Source: Candidatus Bathyarchaeota archaeon (GTDB taxonomy: Archaea; Thermoproteota; Bathyarchaeia; 40CM-2-53-6; RBG-13-38-9). Taken from it: a DNA stretch of 64,000 nt. The position numbers and the translations under genes are program-made. The stretch lies in the NCBI GenBank assembly GCA_963807605.1, contig CAWECG010000003.1:928001-992000 (forward strand), given 5' to 3'. The notes beneath the pieces were generated by a model. It had not been told where the DNA came from. It was given only the letters and a program-made list of their open reading frames with translations, and searched no databases. Below are positions 43,301 to 52,928 of this stretch, piece after piece. Numbering within the stretch: position 1 is the stretch's first letter; each line of letters opens with the position of its first letter.

Positions 43301-44119
43301 AGCCGGCATAGTGCTATTGATCAACGGAGCACTTTGACTCTTGACAGGATAATGGTCTCCCAGAAATATCTTGAAGAAGTATCTACCTGCTACTTCCGGT
43401 GCTCTAAGTTGGTTTATGCGAATGTAGTACCATTCCTGCCATTTCCTCTGTGGTGTAAATACCATTCCATTTCCTGAGGGAGTGATCCTTACGATCCACC
43501 ATCCCGGACCGAATGGATCATTCATGTCTGCTTTGGTCACGAGGATACTGCCGTAATCGGCCGTCAAGGTTGTAAGGATGTTTGAGGCATCGCCTAAGGT
43601 CCAGTTTATTCCGCCAGCCGGTTCAAAACCATCCTGTACAAGTTCGCCGCTCTTATCTTGGAATGGGGCTGGAATATACAGCGAAATATTGTTGTATCGG
43701 AAAGTCGGCGATGGATTGGTAGGCGTTATGAAGGCGTTGGCTTGAGAAAAGTTAATTGCGAAAATCAAATCGCCCACGTTATCATGTGTCGGCGAGGAAG
43801 TCAGTATTGCACCCTCTGGGGAATATGAGGAACCTGCAGCCTGAAGGGGTTCCTCATAATTCTCAAAAGGCGATTGGTATCCTGGAAATCCTGCCACGCC
43901 AGTATAGAAGTTAGAGCCGCCGCCAGGCCAGACATATCCTAGAGGGCCAGGAACGTGAGCTGTACCAAAGGTGTTGGTAGGGTTCAGCTCGTTATCGTTT
44001 GATCGAAAATATGGTGGCTGACCGTTGGGCTCTCCTAGAGTTGTGTGCGCATAGATCGGAGCGGGCAGATGAGTTACCAGTGCCACCAATAATATTACTG
44101 CGGGCCATCGAGGGATCAA
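40361..44119 (-). CDS. Large secreted multi-beta-sandwich surface protein with PEF-CTERM sorting signal
   Basis: Signal peptide ending IYA|HTT, repeated PGxY carboxypeptidase-regulatory-like modules, C-terminal IPIPEF + TM + KRRKRE. Confidence 0.8.
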   Translation of the reverse strand: MIPRWPAVILLVALVTHLPAPIYAHTTLGEPNGQPPYFRSNDNELNPTNTFGTAHVPGPLGYVWPGGGSNFYTGVAGFPGYQSPFENYEEPLQAAGSSYSPEGAILTSSPTHDNVGDLIFAINFSQANAFITPTNPSPTFRYNNISLYIPAPFQDKSGELVQDGFEPAGGINWTLGDASNILTTLTADYGSILVTKADMNDPFGPGWWIVRITPSGNGMVFTPQRKWQEWYYIRINQLRAPEVAGRYFFKIFLGDHYPVKSQSAPLINSTMPAENWPVLLVKGELDPAIIYGTVRYGEESNLELYGKPIDLPGRVRAIGVASDPVTGVPTGRVVEARGYFNASAKGHFEIEGVAPGIYSIYASAAGLPELITTEKVIVYRGQSLGLDLYLVPGPEILGEIDSKSCLGITPWKGDLPISVVIYDSDSYVEDNVVSYSPLNLTHAPYTSYVTGNTIFSSGILLPPNSPKLVAFPWEGPISYYPSTALPPFKDPFGLYNGVGPAQTWWVSPTGSFDPVTGLGSGKSSFRFQFGFQRYFGAPYRFSGMVPQVFATWIDGLGPGTYFVRAYVNGYIQTDISGSNFKDYYFTLTQGQTLGVAFQMDLWLSGSLNLTVHFHDAIGGMQEKPIGGPDPGRFLVVEALDSQGVLSAFNFTFVSALSASASLTLNGLGMAGVIPPPDPRAGIKYSLFRYRGLRDYGMYPSSYSLYMYMRGYIQALAPGNELIDLDRAVGFSISMCSNSSVSAHMFRGGGINTTVYSINWENPPIRRLWSYNGTTASVLVYDVASDSFVDSISFWDSIRHVWTLPTTESAFSVIPWPNWRIVFGPSASMLITNGSTILESYGPDLPSLPSFPSQQYFSTNVFFQAEKIGFLYQPTFYRTPNLRSAVAIYPGRYAITGWTYGYVQEGVTTLGDLGKIIVDVSMGQIADAPIRLIKGVEFNFAIDFEKEDLPTTLPYNMTMRISVYDDRDALVAAATTSLDIGAVQPSSDLGFFTDGKKVINASGSVAIPAGTQQVEYKGLAGLLRYIDPTAEAQARFLLTLYSADSGIWGSSPTPLAGMYSGGWYVTVEMANWYRPTEFYPPPFAMLQGELQTWNMTTILPYNHPGPFELRETIRLPPASLGGGSSAIFSLHMRGQVHGTVAFYNIRRDLRSVSWASVTYQDNYTHISYTWDGLYETYLPHGVYSIIVDHPGLTSQSSTIMVPDGGLATYNFYLVQSGIPIPEFNITQFPFLTIIGIGVAYTLTMVMNKRRKRE

Positions 44120-44136
44120 GCATTACTTGCCCCAAA

Positions 44137-45522
44137 TCATGTGGTACCTGCATACTCAACTACTCTGCTGTTAGATTGCGCCGTTTTCATCCTGCGCCTT
44201 CTAATCAAAGTATATCCACCAGCGCCAACTACAACAACTACCGCAAGAACAGCTATTGCTACCGTTAGGGATGCCGCTTGTACATTAAGTGTAACTGTTA
44301 ATGTATCGTATAGGTCATTGTTATCTTGGGTCCAGTCCAGCCGTAGATCAATGCTGTACTGTCTTGGTTGTGCCTTGGAGTCAACATCAACTGTGAAGAA
44401 TGCTGCCTTCACCTCGCCAGCAAGCATAGTCCCAAGAAAATCAGTTAAAGTGCCAGAGAAGAAATTGCCAACCTGCAGCTCCACTCTAACCGAATCGGCC
44501 TCGACGGAGCCGGTATTCTTCAATTCAACTCGGATGACATCTCCAGAATCGCCTACCGAGAGGCTCATCGGTGTAATGCTTAATATCTCAAATTTGTCTT
44601 TCTCAAAGACGTAGAGTGGGACCTCTCCGATAGATGTTGTTTTTTCATCTTTAACAATGTCCAAAGTTGCGAAGTAGTTACTGTAAGTCGCATTTTTGGC
44701 AACATCAACAACGAAATCTGCCTCCGCAACCTGCCCTGCTGGGAGATTCCCTACAAAGTACGTGTCTGAACCACTGGAAGCTACAGTGAATGGTGGGCTT
44801 AATTCTATTCTGAGTTCAACATCTTTAGCTGCACCTTGTCCTGAATTAGCGATCCACACTTTAACCTGAACTTGTTTGCTATCTGGATATACCTTCGTAG
44901 GAAGAGTCAGGACACTCTGAACATGTAGCTCGCCTCTCCAGATGGGAACGTCTACGGTATTGGTTGTAGTGATGGATTGAAGCTCCCTTGCAGATTTGTA
45001 TGCTATTTGTAAGTTATAACGGTAGATTCCCTCTTTCGCTAATGCATCAACACTCGTAGTGAAGGTTAACGTGAAACTATAGCCAGGCTGCATGTCGCCT
45101 GCGACTTTTGAAACAGACGTTCCAGAATAAGGCGTGCCGTTGAGTTCGTAATTGTACTCAAGAGGTGGTCCTAGGAACAACGTTGCACTCACATTCCTTG
45201 CAACATCATCACCAACGTTCGATAACACGACTGAAAGAGGGACATTTACGTCACCCGGACGCGCATTTGAAGGGTTGAGTGGATTGGTGCCCCAGAATAC
45301 TTGGACGACCACAACATTTGCGACGCCAATGGCACGAACGGATGGAGTAATAGATGGCATGGAGATTATTGACATGAGAAATGCCAAAACAATTAGTAGT
45401 AAGGGGCGCTCTTTCAATTCAACCACACCAAGACAGATTTCCTTCATTTGTATATAACAAACTTTGCAATCTAGCACACGGATGATTCTAATATCTTTTC
45501 TCTTTTCCGGCGGCATATGCAC
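44137..45522 (-). CDS. COG1361/CARDB-type S-layer domain protein
   Basis: Three Ig-like repeats (LSNVG.DVA, IANSG..AA, LKNTG..EA), C-terminal TM + RRRR; real start probably downstream of 45522. Confidence 0.78.
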   Translation of the reverse strand: MHMPPEKRKDIRIIRVLDCKVCYIQMKEICLGVVELKERPLLLIVLAFLMSIISMPSITPSVRAIGVANVVVVQVFWGTNPLNPSNARPGDVNVPLSVVLSNVGDDVARNVSATLFLGPPLEYNYELNGTPYSGTSVSKVAGDMQPGYSFTLTFTTSVDALAKEGIYRYNLQIAYKSARELQSITTTNTVDVPIWRGELHVQSVLTLPTKVYPDSKQVQVKVWIANSGQGAAKDVELRIELSPPFTVASSGSDTYFVGNLPAGQVAEADFVVDVAKNATYSNYFATLDIVKDEKTTSIGEVPLYVFEKDKFEILSITPMSLSVGDSGDVIRVELKNTGSVEADSVRVELQVGNFFSGTLTDFLGTMLAGEVKAAFFTVDVDSKAQPRQYSIDLRLDWTQDNNDLYDTLTVTLNVQAASLTVAIAVLAVVVVVGAGGYTLIRRRRMKTAQSNSRVVEYAGTT

Positions 45523-45578
45523 GGTCTCGTTGGGAAGATAAGTGAAGACGATGCTAACGCAGGGAGTTTTGGCAGGAA

Positions 45579-45995
45579 TTAGAGAGCCCGTTTGAATGCC
45601 AAGGTTGCTATGCCGACCATGATCGAAGTGAAGAGTGGTAAGTATGCAAAGTCTCCCACAACCGCTGGAAGACTCGCTCCTTTGTACATTTGTACATAAG
45701 CGAGCGTAAAGCGTCTACAGCATAGGCTGCGGGGTTTACAACCGCGATACTCTTCATCCAGTTAGGAAATCCATCAATCGGAAAGACCGCGCCGCTTGTA
45801 AAGTAGAATATCAGGTTGATTGGGAATGCAGTGAATTAATAAACTTCAGGTGTGGGCGATCTCACCACATAGGCAGTCATTATAGAAATTAATCCAAGAA
45901 CGGTTAGAAAGATCGTGAACAGGCATAAGCAGAAAACCTACGGCATCTGTCATCGGACGAACGCCTGCAATCACAACCGCCATAAGAAGCAAGTT
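45579..45995 (-). pseudogene. Decayed ABC-2 permease 3' part (paralog of 55334-56491)
   Basis: LGLISIMTAYVVRS...*FTAFPINLIFYFTSGAVFPIDGFPNWMK...VVGDF...AFKRAL*; internal stop and frameshifts. Confidence 0.82.
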
Positions 45996-46083
45996 ACATA
46001 AGAATTTAAGAAGCTACGACGTACTTGTTGGTAGTACAAAGTTCCGTTAAGTTTAAATCGCCTCTAACAACCTTTTTTCCTCG

Positions 46084-47649
46084 GTGAACAACTTGAGGCT
46101 AAATGCCTTAATTCTTATATGCCTATGCATCTTTTCTTTGTCTACGATTTTCGAGTTAAGTCCAATCCAACCGGTCAGAGCCCAGCCCTACACTAGTTTG
46201 TACACACCATATTACTACTATTCCCCATATTCAGGATACGGAAGCTACGGTAAGTACACAGTTACAATATCCGTCTCAGGTCTCCCTTCAGAATACTCTG
46301 CGAATGTGAAGATCGACGGAAACGATCAAGGAACGATAGCTGGAGGATCATCGAAGCAATTTCAAGTGAATAGCACCGACGCCCATACATTTCAAGTTGA
46401 TAATTACGTTTCGGGAGCGAGTGGGGTAAGGTACTCCTGCAGCAATGACTCATGGACACTGCAGAAATCCACAAGTACTTACTCTTCCTACAACTCGTAC
46501 TATTATCCATACTATGATTACTACTCTCCGTATTATTCGTACTATTCCCCGGCTGCCTCCTACAGCTTCGACGACAGCAATGCAAGTAGCGGTCGTACTG
46601 ATCGTATTACGCAGGTAGAAATTGCAGGCAGACCAGAACTTCAGCCTAGAGCTACTACAAGCTCAATCTCAGGCTACGAAGCGCAGCTGCAAGTGGAATA
46701 TGTAGCGTATAACGGTACACATAGCGGAACATACAGCGGAACACATAGCCATACACATAGTGGAACATACAGCGGAACATACAGCGGAACATACAGCGGA
46801 ACACATAGCCATACACATAGTGGAACATACAGCGGAACACATCACCACAACTACAACGGGTATTCATATTACTATCCTGGTCTCTACTACTATCCCTACG
46901 ACTACTACTATCCGTACTATTACCCCTCATCATCTTACATGAACCAAACGCAGGTTTCTCACGCATTCTCCTACCTTCCAGAGTATAAGTTGACTGTTAC
47001 CAATGCTCAAGGCCAATCGGTCAGCCAGGCAGGCTGGAAGTCTAATGATTCAGTTGTAACATTAAGCACCCCAGACACGGTTGACAAGTCAAACGTGGAG
47101 AGGGACGTCTTCAAGTCTTGGAACGTCGACGGTACAGAGATGAGTGCAAGCACGATCACCCTAACAATGGATGATCTGCATACAGCCACAGCAAACTACC
47201 AAACCCAATACTATCTGGACGTGAAATCTGACCTAGGTAGCCCCCAGGGCTCAGGATGGTACAACCAAGGCGACCAGGCCACAGTCTCCGTACTTCCAGA
47301 AGTGCCTATGACAGGATTCTGGGGCTCCCTCGGTGCAAAATATGTCTTTAACAGCTGGAGTGGAGTAACCGGATCCCCTAACAGTCCAACAGCAAAAGTT
47401 ACCATGGACAACCCTATAATAGTAACAGCGATGTGGAAGCCGGACTACACCACAGCCTACCTCATCCTAGCTGGAGTCATGATCATACTCCTGATTTTCG
47501 TAGCCGCTGTGGCAGCTAGAAAGACCGCTTTGCAACCTAAGAAAGAAGAGAAGAGCGTCACAATGGACACTCTAAACCTCAGATACACCAAAGGCGAGAT
47601 AACCAGACAAGACTACCTAAGGACGAAGAAAGACATAGAGAAATCTTAG
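46084..47649 (+). CDS. Secreted Tyr-rich surface protein with His/Ser/Thr repeat, C-terminal TM and SHOCT-like tail
   Basis: Signal peptide (VRA|Q), three poly-Tyr/Pro tracts, beta-repeat modules (GSGWY..G, YVFNSWSG), TM, LRYTKGEITRQDY. Confidence 0.8.
   Translation: MNNLRLNALILICLCIFSLSTIFELSPIQPVRAQPYTSLYTPYYYYSPYSGYGSYGKYTVTISVSGLPSEYSANVKIDGNDQGTIAGGSSKQFQVNSTDAHTFQVDNYVSGASGVRYSCSNDSWTLQKSTSTYSSYNSYYYPYYDYYSPYYSYYSPAASYSFDDSNASSGRTDRITQVEIAGRPELQPRATTSSISGYEAQLQVEYVAYNGTHSGTYSGTHSHTHSGTYSGTYSGTYSGTHSHTHSGTYSGTHHHNYNGYSYYYPGLYYYPYDYYYPYYYPSSSYMNQTQVSHAFSYLPEYKLTVTNAQGQSVSQAGWKSNDSVVTLSTPDTVDKSNVERDVFKSWNVDGTEMSASTITLTMDDLHTATANYQTQYYLDVKSDLGSPQGSGWYNQGDQATVSVLPEVPMTGFWGSLGAKYVFNSWSGVTGSPNSPTAKVTMDNPIIVTAMWKPDYTTAYLILAGVMIILLIFVAAVAARKTALQPKKEEKSVTMDTLNLRYTKGEITRQDYLRTKKDIEKS
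46714..46845 (+). repeat. 12-bp coding tandem repeat, ~11 units
   Basis: GGAACATACAGC / GGAACACATAGC / CATACACATAGT units encoding GTYS / GTHS / HTHS. Confidence 0.92.
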
Positions 47650-47915
47650 ACATCCCCCATTTCCCTTTTTTCAAAAAGGCCTATCCCACACGTTGCATAC
47701 GTTTCTTCCGAAGGCTGAACAGAATCGTCTGTTACGTGTTCCAGACCTGAGCCTATCAACTTTCATAGACGAAAACTGGCTCGTTTTGGTCGTCAGAAAT
47801 ATCCATACTATCTCTCAATAGAGAGTCGTTCCAATTCCTTAGCGCTGGTGATATCGGCGCCCTTCGCTATCTGCAGAAGATGCAAAGGAGGCCGGTCTCG
47901 ACGCGACGTGGAATG

Positions 47916-48066
47916 TTAGCCTATGTTCAAGTCAATAACCATGGTCTGCAACAGTAATCTCACAACGTTGTTCTGAATATTAATGATGGTCTTGCTTAGA
48001 GTGCTTATGGTAGTCTCTTCCTCTTTGATCATTCTGGAGATGGCCTCTTCGATTCTTTTGGCTCAT
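47916..48066 (-). pseudogene. Possible ferritin-like small-protein remnant
   Basis: KRIEEAISRMIKEEETTISTLSKTIINIQNNVVRLLLQTMVID; ATG is one base out of frame and the ORF is truncated. Confidence 0.35.
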
Positions 48067-48240
48067 TATCGATCTACTAAATGCAGATTTGGTCAGCACA
48101 TTTTGAGTCTGAACTCTTCCGCTGGAAGAATTTCGTCAGTAAGCCTCAGTACTCTTTAATATACCTATTCTGATGTTCACTGAAAGCTTATATTTCCTCT
48201 CTGTTTTTCAAGGCACCTCTAAAGAAAGAAGGTATCCAGC

Positions 48241-48741
48241 ATGAAGAGCGACGACAATTTGAAGGAGGCCTTTGCTGGGGAGTCCCAGGCAAACAGGAAG
48301 TATACCGCCTTCTCTAGGAAAGCCGAACAGGAGGGTTATACCCAAATCGCGAAATTCTTCAGAGCTGCAGCCGAAGCAGAGACCGTCCATGCCTTGAATC
48401 ATTTAAGAGTCATGAAGGGCATCGGTTCAACCCTCGATAATGCGAAGGTTGCCAAAGAAGGCGAGGTCTACGAGCACATGAGAATGTACCCTGAATTCAT
48501 TAAGATTGCTGAGGCCGAGGACAGGAAAGATGCTCGTCAAACCTTCCACTATGCTAACGAGACGGAGAAGAAACACGCCCAATTCTATCAGAGGGCTATT
48601 GAAGCCCTAGGAAAGGGAAAAGACCTAGACAAGAATGAGTATTTCGTCTGCCAGACCTGCGGATATACAGTCGAAGGAGAAGCACCTGAAGTATGTCCAG
48701 TCTGCGGTTCCCCAAAGAGCATGTACAAACAAGTGGCCTAA
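48241..48741 (+). CDS. rbr: Rubrerythrin
   Basis: AFAGESQANRKY, AETVHA, ETEKKH, CQTCGY...CPVCG. Confidence 0.95.
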   Translation: MKSDDNLKEAFAGESQANRKYTAFSRKAEQEGYTQIAKFFRAAAEAETVHALNHLRVMKGIGSTLDNAKVAKEGEVYEHMRMYPEFIKIAEAEDRKDARQTFHYANETEKKHAQFYQRAIEALGKGKDLDKNEYFVCQTCGYTVEGEAPEVCPVCGSPKSMYKQVA

Positions 48742-48822
48742 AATCCACTGCATGATAGCAGAATCGACTTCACCAGAACTCATCTTTTATAGCGTGCGCT
48801 CCATCTTTTCCTGTGATTAGTT

Positions 48823-49383
48823 TTGGACTTTAAGATTGCGTGGGGCATCACAGGATCAGGAGACTGCATGCCTCAAATAATAAATGAAATTAGGGGAATA
48901 GTTCAACAAAATCAGAGAATCAAGATATACATTTTCTTATCCAAAGCTGCACAACAGGTCATCGGATGGTATGGTCTAAGCAAAGATCTGGGAGCAATTT
49001 CAGGAAAAATATTCTATGAGGTTGACTCCAACACAACCAAACCCTACTATTATCTCCCCGGAGCATTACAGTTGCGCAAATTCAGCCTCTTTCTGGTATG
49101 TCCTGCAACAGCGAACACTGTGGCAAAGATAGTGAACGGCATCGCCGATACCTTGATCACTAATTCCGTAGCTCAAGCAGCTAAAGCAGCCGTCCCCATC
49201 TACATATTCCCAGTAGACCATGAGGAAGGCGGTCAAACCACAATATTGCCCAACGGATCCAAACTGGAGCTGACAATGAGGGAAATAGATCTTGAGAATA
49301 GTAGACTACTCTCCAAGATGAAGAACGTCAATGTCTTCACAAATACATCGATGCTGAAAGAAATACTGTTGAGTCATTCATAA
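48823..49383 (+). CDS. afpA: Archaeoflavoprotein (AfpA family)
   Basis: IAWGITGSG, PATANTVAKIVNGIADTLITN, PVD. Confidence 0.85.
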   Translation: MDFKIAWGITGSGDCMPQIINEIRGIVQQNQRIKIYIFLSKAAQQVIGWYGLSKDLGAISGKIFYEVDSNTTKPYYYLPGALQLRKFSLFLVCPATANTVAKIVNGIADTLITNSVAQAAKAAVPIYIFPVDHEEGGQTTILPNGSKLELTMREIDLENSRLLSKMKNVNVFTNTSMLKEILLSHS

Positions 49384-49442
49384 TTAGACCAGTTTTAAGA
49401 AGATATTTGATTTCTCCCAAGAGAAGACAACGGAGACTAAGA

Positions 49443-50126
49443 ATGAGTTCCGTTGAGGGTGTCCTGAAGAAACTAAGGACCAAAGCAAAGCCTGATCAGC
49501 TGGAAGGAATGGCCCGATACGGAATAGTAACCAAGCGAAGACTGGGAGTATCGGTCCCCGACATGCGAAAGATAGCGAAAGAATCGGGAAAGGATCACAA
49601 ACTCGCAATCGAATTATGGAAGACGGGTATACCTGAGGCAAAGATCGTAGCAACGATGATCGATGAGCCTGAGAAGTTATCGGAGACTCAGATGGAGGAC
49701 TGGGTCAAAGACATCGACTCTTGGGACGTCTGCGATCAGGTGTGCGCAAGCCTCTTCGAGAAGACTCCCTTGGCTTGGAGGAAAATCTTCGACTGGTCTA
49801 ATCGGGAAGAGGAGTTCGTAAAGAGGGCAGCTTTCGCACTAATAGCCTGCTTGGCATGGCACGATAAGGACGCAGAAGACGAGAAATTCATCAGGTTATT
49901 TCCGGTGATTAAACGTGGAGCCACAGACGACCGGAATTTCGTGAAGAAGGCTGTCAACTGGGCACTCAGGAATATTGGGAAAAGGAATCAGAACCTGAAC
50001 ACGGCAGCAGTAAGGGCTGCCAAGGAAATTCAACGAATTGATTCAAAGGCTGCCCGCTGGATTGCCTCCGACACCATCAGGGAACTCGAAAGCGAGGCTG
50101 TCCAAAGAAGGCTGAGGAACAAGTGA
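49443..50126 (+). CDS. DNA alkylation repair protein (AlkD-like HEAT repeat)
   Basis: GVSVPDMRKIAK, DSWDVCD, EEFVKRA, RNFVKKAVNWALRNIGKR; start ATG 49443 preferred over TTG 49407. Confidence 0.9.
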   Translation: MSSVEGVLKKLRTKAKPDQLEGMARYGIVTKRRLGVSVPDMRKIAKESGKDHKLAIELWKTGIPEAKIVATMIDEPEKLSETQMEDWVKDIDSWDVCDQVCASLFEKTPLAWRKIFDWSNREEEFVKRAAFALIACLAWHDKDAEDEKFIRLFPVIKRGATDDRNFVKKAVNWALRNIGKRNQNLNTAAVRAAKEIQRIDSKAARWIASDTIRELESEAVQRRLRNK

Positions 50127-50384
50127 TAACACTCCAGGACGCGCACTATTCCTCGCGCACGTAGGCTGAACTTCACAGATAATTCAACCCAGTCTAGGAA
50201 AATGCAAACTTCTCCAGCATCCAATGACTTTCCTTTAGCGAGGACTGCTTTATATAGGACGGAGCGTAAGGAGGTAGCAAGTTAGTTTGACGAGAACGAG
50301 AGTCGAGAGCCGTTTTTTTACGAAAACGTCGCGCGTACATTCTTCTTGTTTCAACTGGCGAAAACACAAGAGGTGAAAAACTAC

Positions 50385-50588
50385 ATGTATTCTCAAATGA
50401 AAGACGCCCCAGTAGAGGAGGGCAAGACATACGAGGTCGACATTAAGGAACTAAGTCGACGCGGTGATGGTCTGGCACGTGTCGAAGGATTCGTGGTCTT
50501 TGTACCTAACACGAACCCCGGCGATCACGTCAAGATCCAAGTTACTCAGGTTCGCGACCGATTCGCAATAGCTGAAAAAGCGGAGTAA
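50385..50588 (+). CDS. Single TRAM-domain RNA-binding protein
   Basis: APVEEGKTYEVDIKELSRRGDGLARVEGFVVFVP..PGD.V; GAGGTGA SD before ATG 50385. Confidence 0.93.
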   Translation: MYSQMKDAPVEEGKTYEVDIKELSRRGDGLARVEGFVVFVPNTNPGDHVKIQVTQVRDRFAIAEKAE

Positions 50589-50596
50589 ACTTGAGT

Positions 50597-50633
50597 CTGC
50601 CATCCAAGCGGGATGGCAGCGCAACTTTTTTTT
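50597..50633 (+). terminator. Hairpin + poly-T terminator
   Basis: CTGCCATCC-AAGCG-GGATGGCAG 9-bp stem, then T8 at 50626-50633. Confidence 0.8.
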
Positions 50634-50737
50634 CATAGTTACGCAATGTGAGATAGATGGGTAGACGGTTTATTGTCGTTCAGAGTGAGATTCTCTCGTG
50701 GGGGCGCCCGTCTAAAATTCCACCATTGAGCTACCTT

Positions 50738-51181
50738 CTAGAGAATTCTCAAAGCAATCATTCTATACTCGATGACTGGTAAGGCACCTTCATCTTCAAC
50801 AGCCAGAAGTATCACTTTACAGACTGGTCTATCTATCTTGGTTATGGATTCACGAGCAGCAACATCAACTTGTAAATGAATCCTGATAACTACCCCTCTG
50901 TCATGCTCAGCCTCAATTATATACTTGAAGATCCAAGTTCGGTCCTCCGTCAACCTCTAGTAAACCAACCCTACGTCGTAGGCAACATCAACGCCGGCTC
51001 ACTGTACTGGATACCATACTCTACATGGATCGGAGACAAATGCCCGATAACAGGCACAGGATTCAACTGCTACAATGGGAAGCTCAAGACCCTGCCGATG
51101 GGATACGATAACCAGTCAATGAGTCTGCCAACAAGTACATATGTACTGGACGGGATGAAGCCTATACCCGTGGTGAGCTGA
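50738..51181 (+). pseudogene. Decayed hypothetical protein (3' part)
   Basis: ORF 50876-51181 continues upstream in frame through two TAA stops with protein-like sequence (GTFIFNSQKYHFTDWSIYLGYGF). Confidence 0.45.
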
Positions 51182-51283
51182 AACCCATTCCAATAACTGG
51201 ACAACATATGCGTGTGGATCGATGAAACACTCAATGTTAATGAATTATTTTTTGTCTATAATAGATTCTCGCCCTTATTGATT

Positions 51284-52042
51284 TCAAGGGGGTATGTCAA
51301 AGTTAAGTCTAAATCCTTCGTTAAGGATCTGGGGAGATTTTAGCCTGAATTGGCCGATCTCTCGTAGGTTCTTCACGTGAGTTCCTCCACAGGGGATTCC
51401 TTGAAACCCGCCTATTCTTACAATCCTTAGACGTACGTTCTTGGGCAGGCGAACAAGACTCGAAGCGTTCAAGGAGGAAAGCAGCTCCTTCCTTTCTATC
51501 GTTTGTGATGTAACCTCTGCCCCTTCTGCGATCAGCTTATTCGCCATCTCTTCGAGAGCTCTAAGTTGTTCGATTGCCGGACAGGATCCACGGTATCCTA
51601 CGTAGCTATCGTCTCCAACCCAAGAATCAGTTGTCTCCATGCGTTCTTTCAAGATTACAGAAAAACAGTTGTCCAGAAGATGGGCCGCGGTATGTTTCCT
51701 CATGCATCTGTATCTGAAATCCCAGTCTATCTCAAGTCGGGCAGAACCGGTTTGTGGCTCACTCCAAACAACTTTGCCAAAGTGAACTATAATTCCTTCA
51801 ATTAGCATGACCTTGGTTACTTCAAAGATGAATACTTCACCGAGAATTCTTCCTTTATCCGAAGGCTGCCCGCCAGATTTTGGATGAAATATCGATTGAT
51901 CCACTAATACATATGCAGTCTTTCGATCATCCTGTTCCACCCTTAATACATTACAGGAACTTGATTTCAGATATGGATCGTCCATGTACAGCATATTTGT
52001 AGCAGGCATATTCTGCGCGAGATCCCGAGGGTTCATCATCAA
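51284..52042 (-). CDS. alaX: AlaX-M trans-editing protein
   Basis: LYMDDPYL, FHPKSGGQPSDKG, HTAAH, CGGTH. Confidence 0.92.
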   Translation of the reverse strand: MMMNPRDLAQNMPATNMLYMDDPYLKSSSCNVLRVEQDDRKTAYVLVDQSIFHPKSGGQPSDKGRILGEVFIFEVTKVMLIEGIIVHFGKVVWSEPQTGSARLEIDWDFRYRCMRKHTAAHLLDNCFSVILKERMETTDSWVGDDSYVGYRGSCPAIEQLRALEEMANKLIAEGAEVTSQTIERKELLSSLNASSLVRLPKNVRLRIVRIGGFQGIPCGGTHVKNLREIGQFRLKSPQILNEGFRLNFDIPP

Positions 52043-52195
52043 TCACTGGAGACTCCGAATTGCGTGCAACCTCTAAAGAAGTATGGCTTCTACAAAAACC
52101 ATAGCTCATGCTATAGGTCTCAAGCACTGGGTACAATGGGTGAAAGGAATATAGATGCGTGCTAGATACGTTTCGCCCTCCAGACAACTGTCGAT

Positions 52196-52591
52196 ATGCC
52201 TATTTGTCCTAGTGAACCAATCCTTGCTGAGGTCAAAACTGTGATTGAGGAGATCCGGAGTGTCCCTGTTGTGGTATCGGATACAAAAGAAGCGAGCAAA
52301 TGGTATAGGGACAAACTGGACTTTGAGATTCGAGAGAGCGACGGCCACTGGGTAACCGTCGCTCCAAGAGGATGGCCCTCAGAGATTCATCTATGTGAGG
52401 TTGATACTCTTGAACCTGGAAACACAGGAATATTGTTCTTGGCCGATGATCTCGATGCAACATATCGTGAATTGAAGAAGAAAGGTGTTGAATTCACACA
52501 AGAACCTTCTAAGAAAGAAGGGGGAACTATGGCTAAGTTCAAAGATCCTTACGGAAACATCTATTGGCTAATGTCGAAGAGTGAGTACTAG
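52196..52591 (+). CDS. VOC/glyoxalase-family protein
   Basis: VSD...WY.DKLDF, DDLDATYRELKKKGVEF, FKDPYGN; start probably GTG near 52240. Confidence 0.9.
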   Translation: MPICPSEPILAEVKTVIEEIRSVPVVVSDTKEASKWYRDKLDFEIRESDGHWVTVAPRGWPSEIHLCEVDTLEPGNTGILFLADDLDATYRELKKKGVEFTQEPSKKEGGTMAKFKDPYGNIYWLMSKSEY

Positions 52592-52759
52592 GAATCGATT
52601 TACCCTAATGTAGTGTGCTACTCTTGCAACTAACCAATAATTATTAGCTGGTTAGTCGTTATATTGCAAAGGGGGGCGCTGAGTCAGCGGCTGCCCGAGC
52701 GATCTCTCATTTGTTCTGGTTACTTCCTTGGAGTGGGATCAGCGAGGAGAATTGGAAAG

Positions 52760-52876
52760 ATGTCTGAAAAGGTATCACGACGCGGATTTCTTGCCGGTTT
52801 AGCAGTGGTCACGCGCTCGCGGAATGTTGTAGACATGCGTTCGATGGGCTGTCCACTGTTAAGGGATAACTCATGA
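52760..52876 (+). pseudogene. Orphan twin-arginine signal peptide
   Basis: GAGGAG SD, MSEKVSRRGFLAGLAVV, then unrelated sequence and stop after 38 aa. Confidence 0.55.
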
Positions 52877-52928
52877 AGAACATTGGCCCGCATTCTTCTT
52901 ATAGTGAAGCTGTTCCATAAATTATCTA

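Noticed and set aside
46714-46845. CRISPR array
   Set aside because: Contiguous 12-bp in-frame coding units with no spacers and no cas genes
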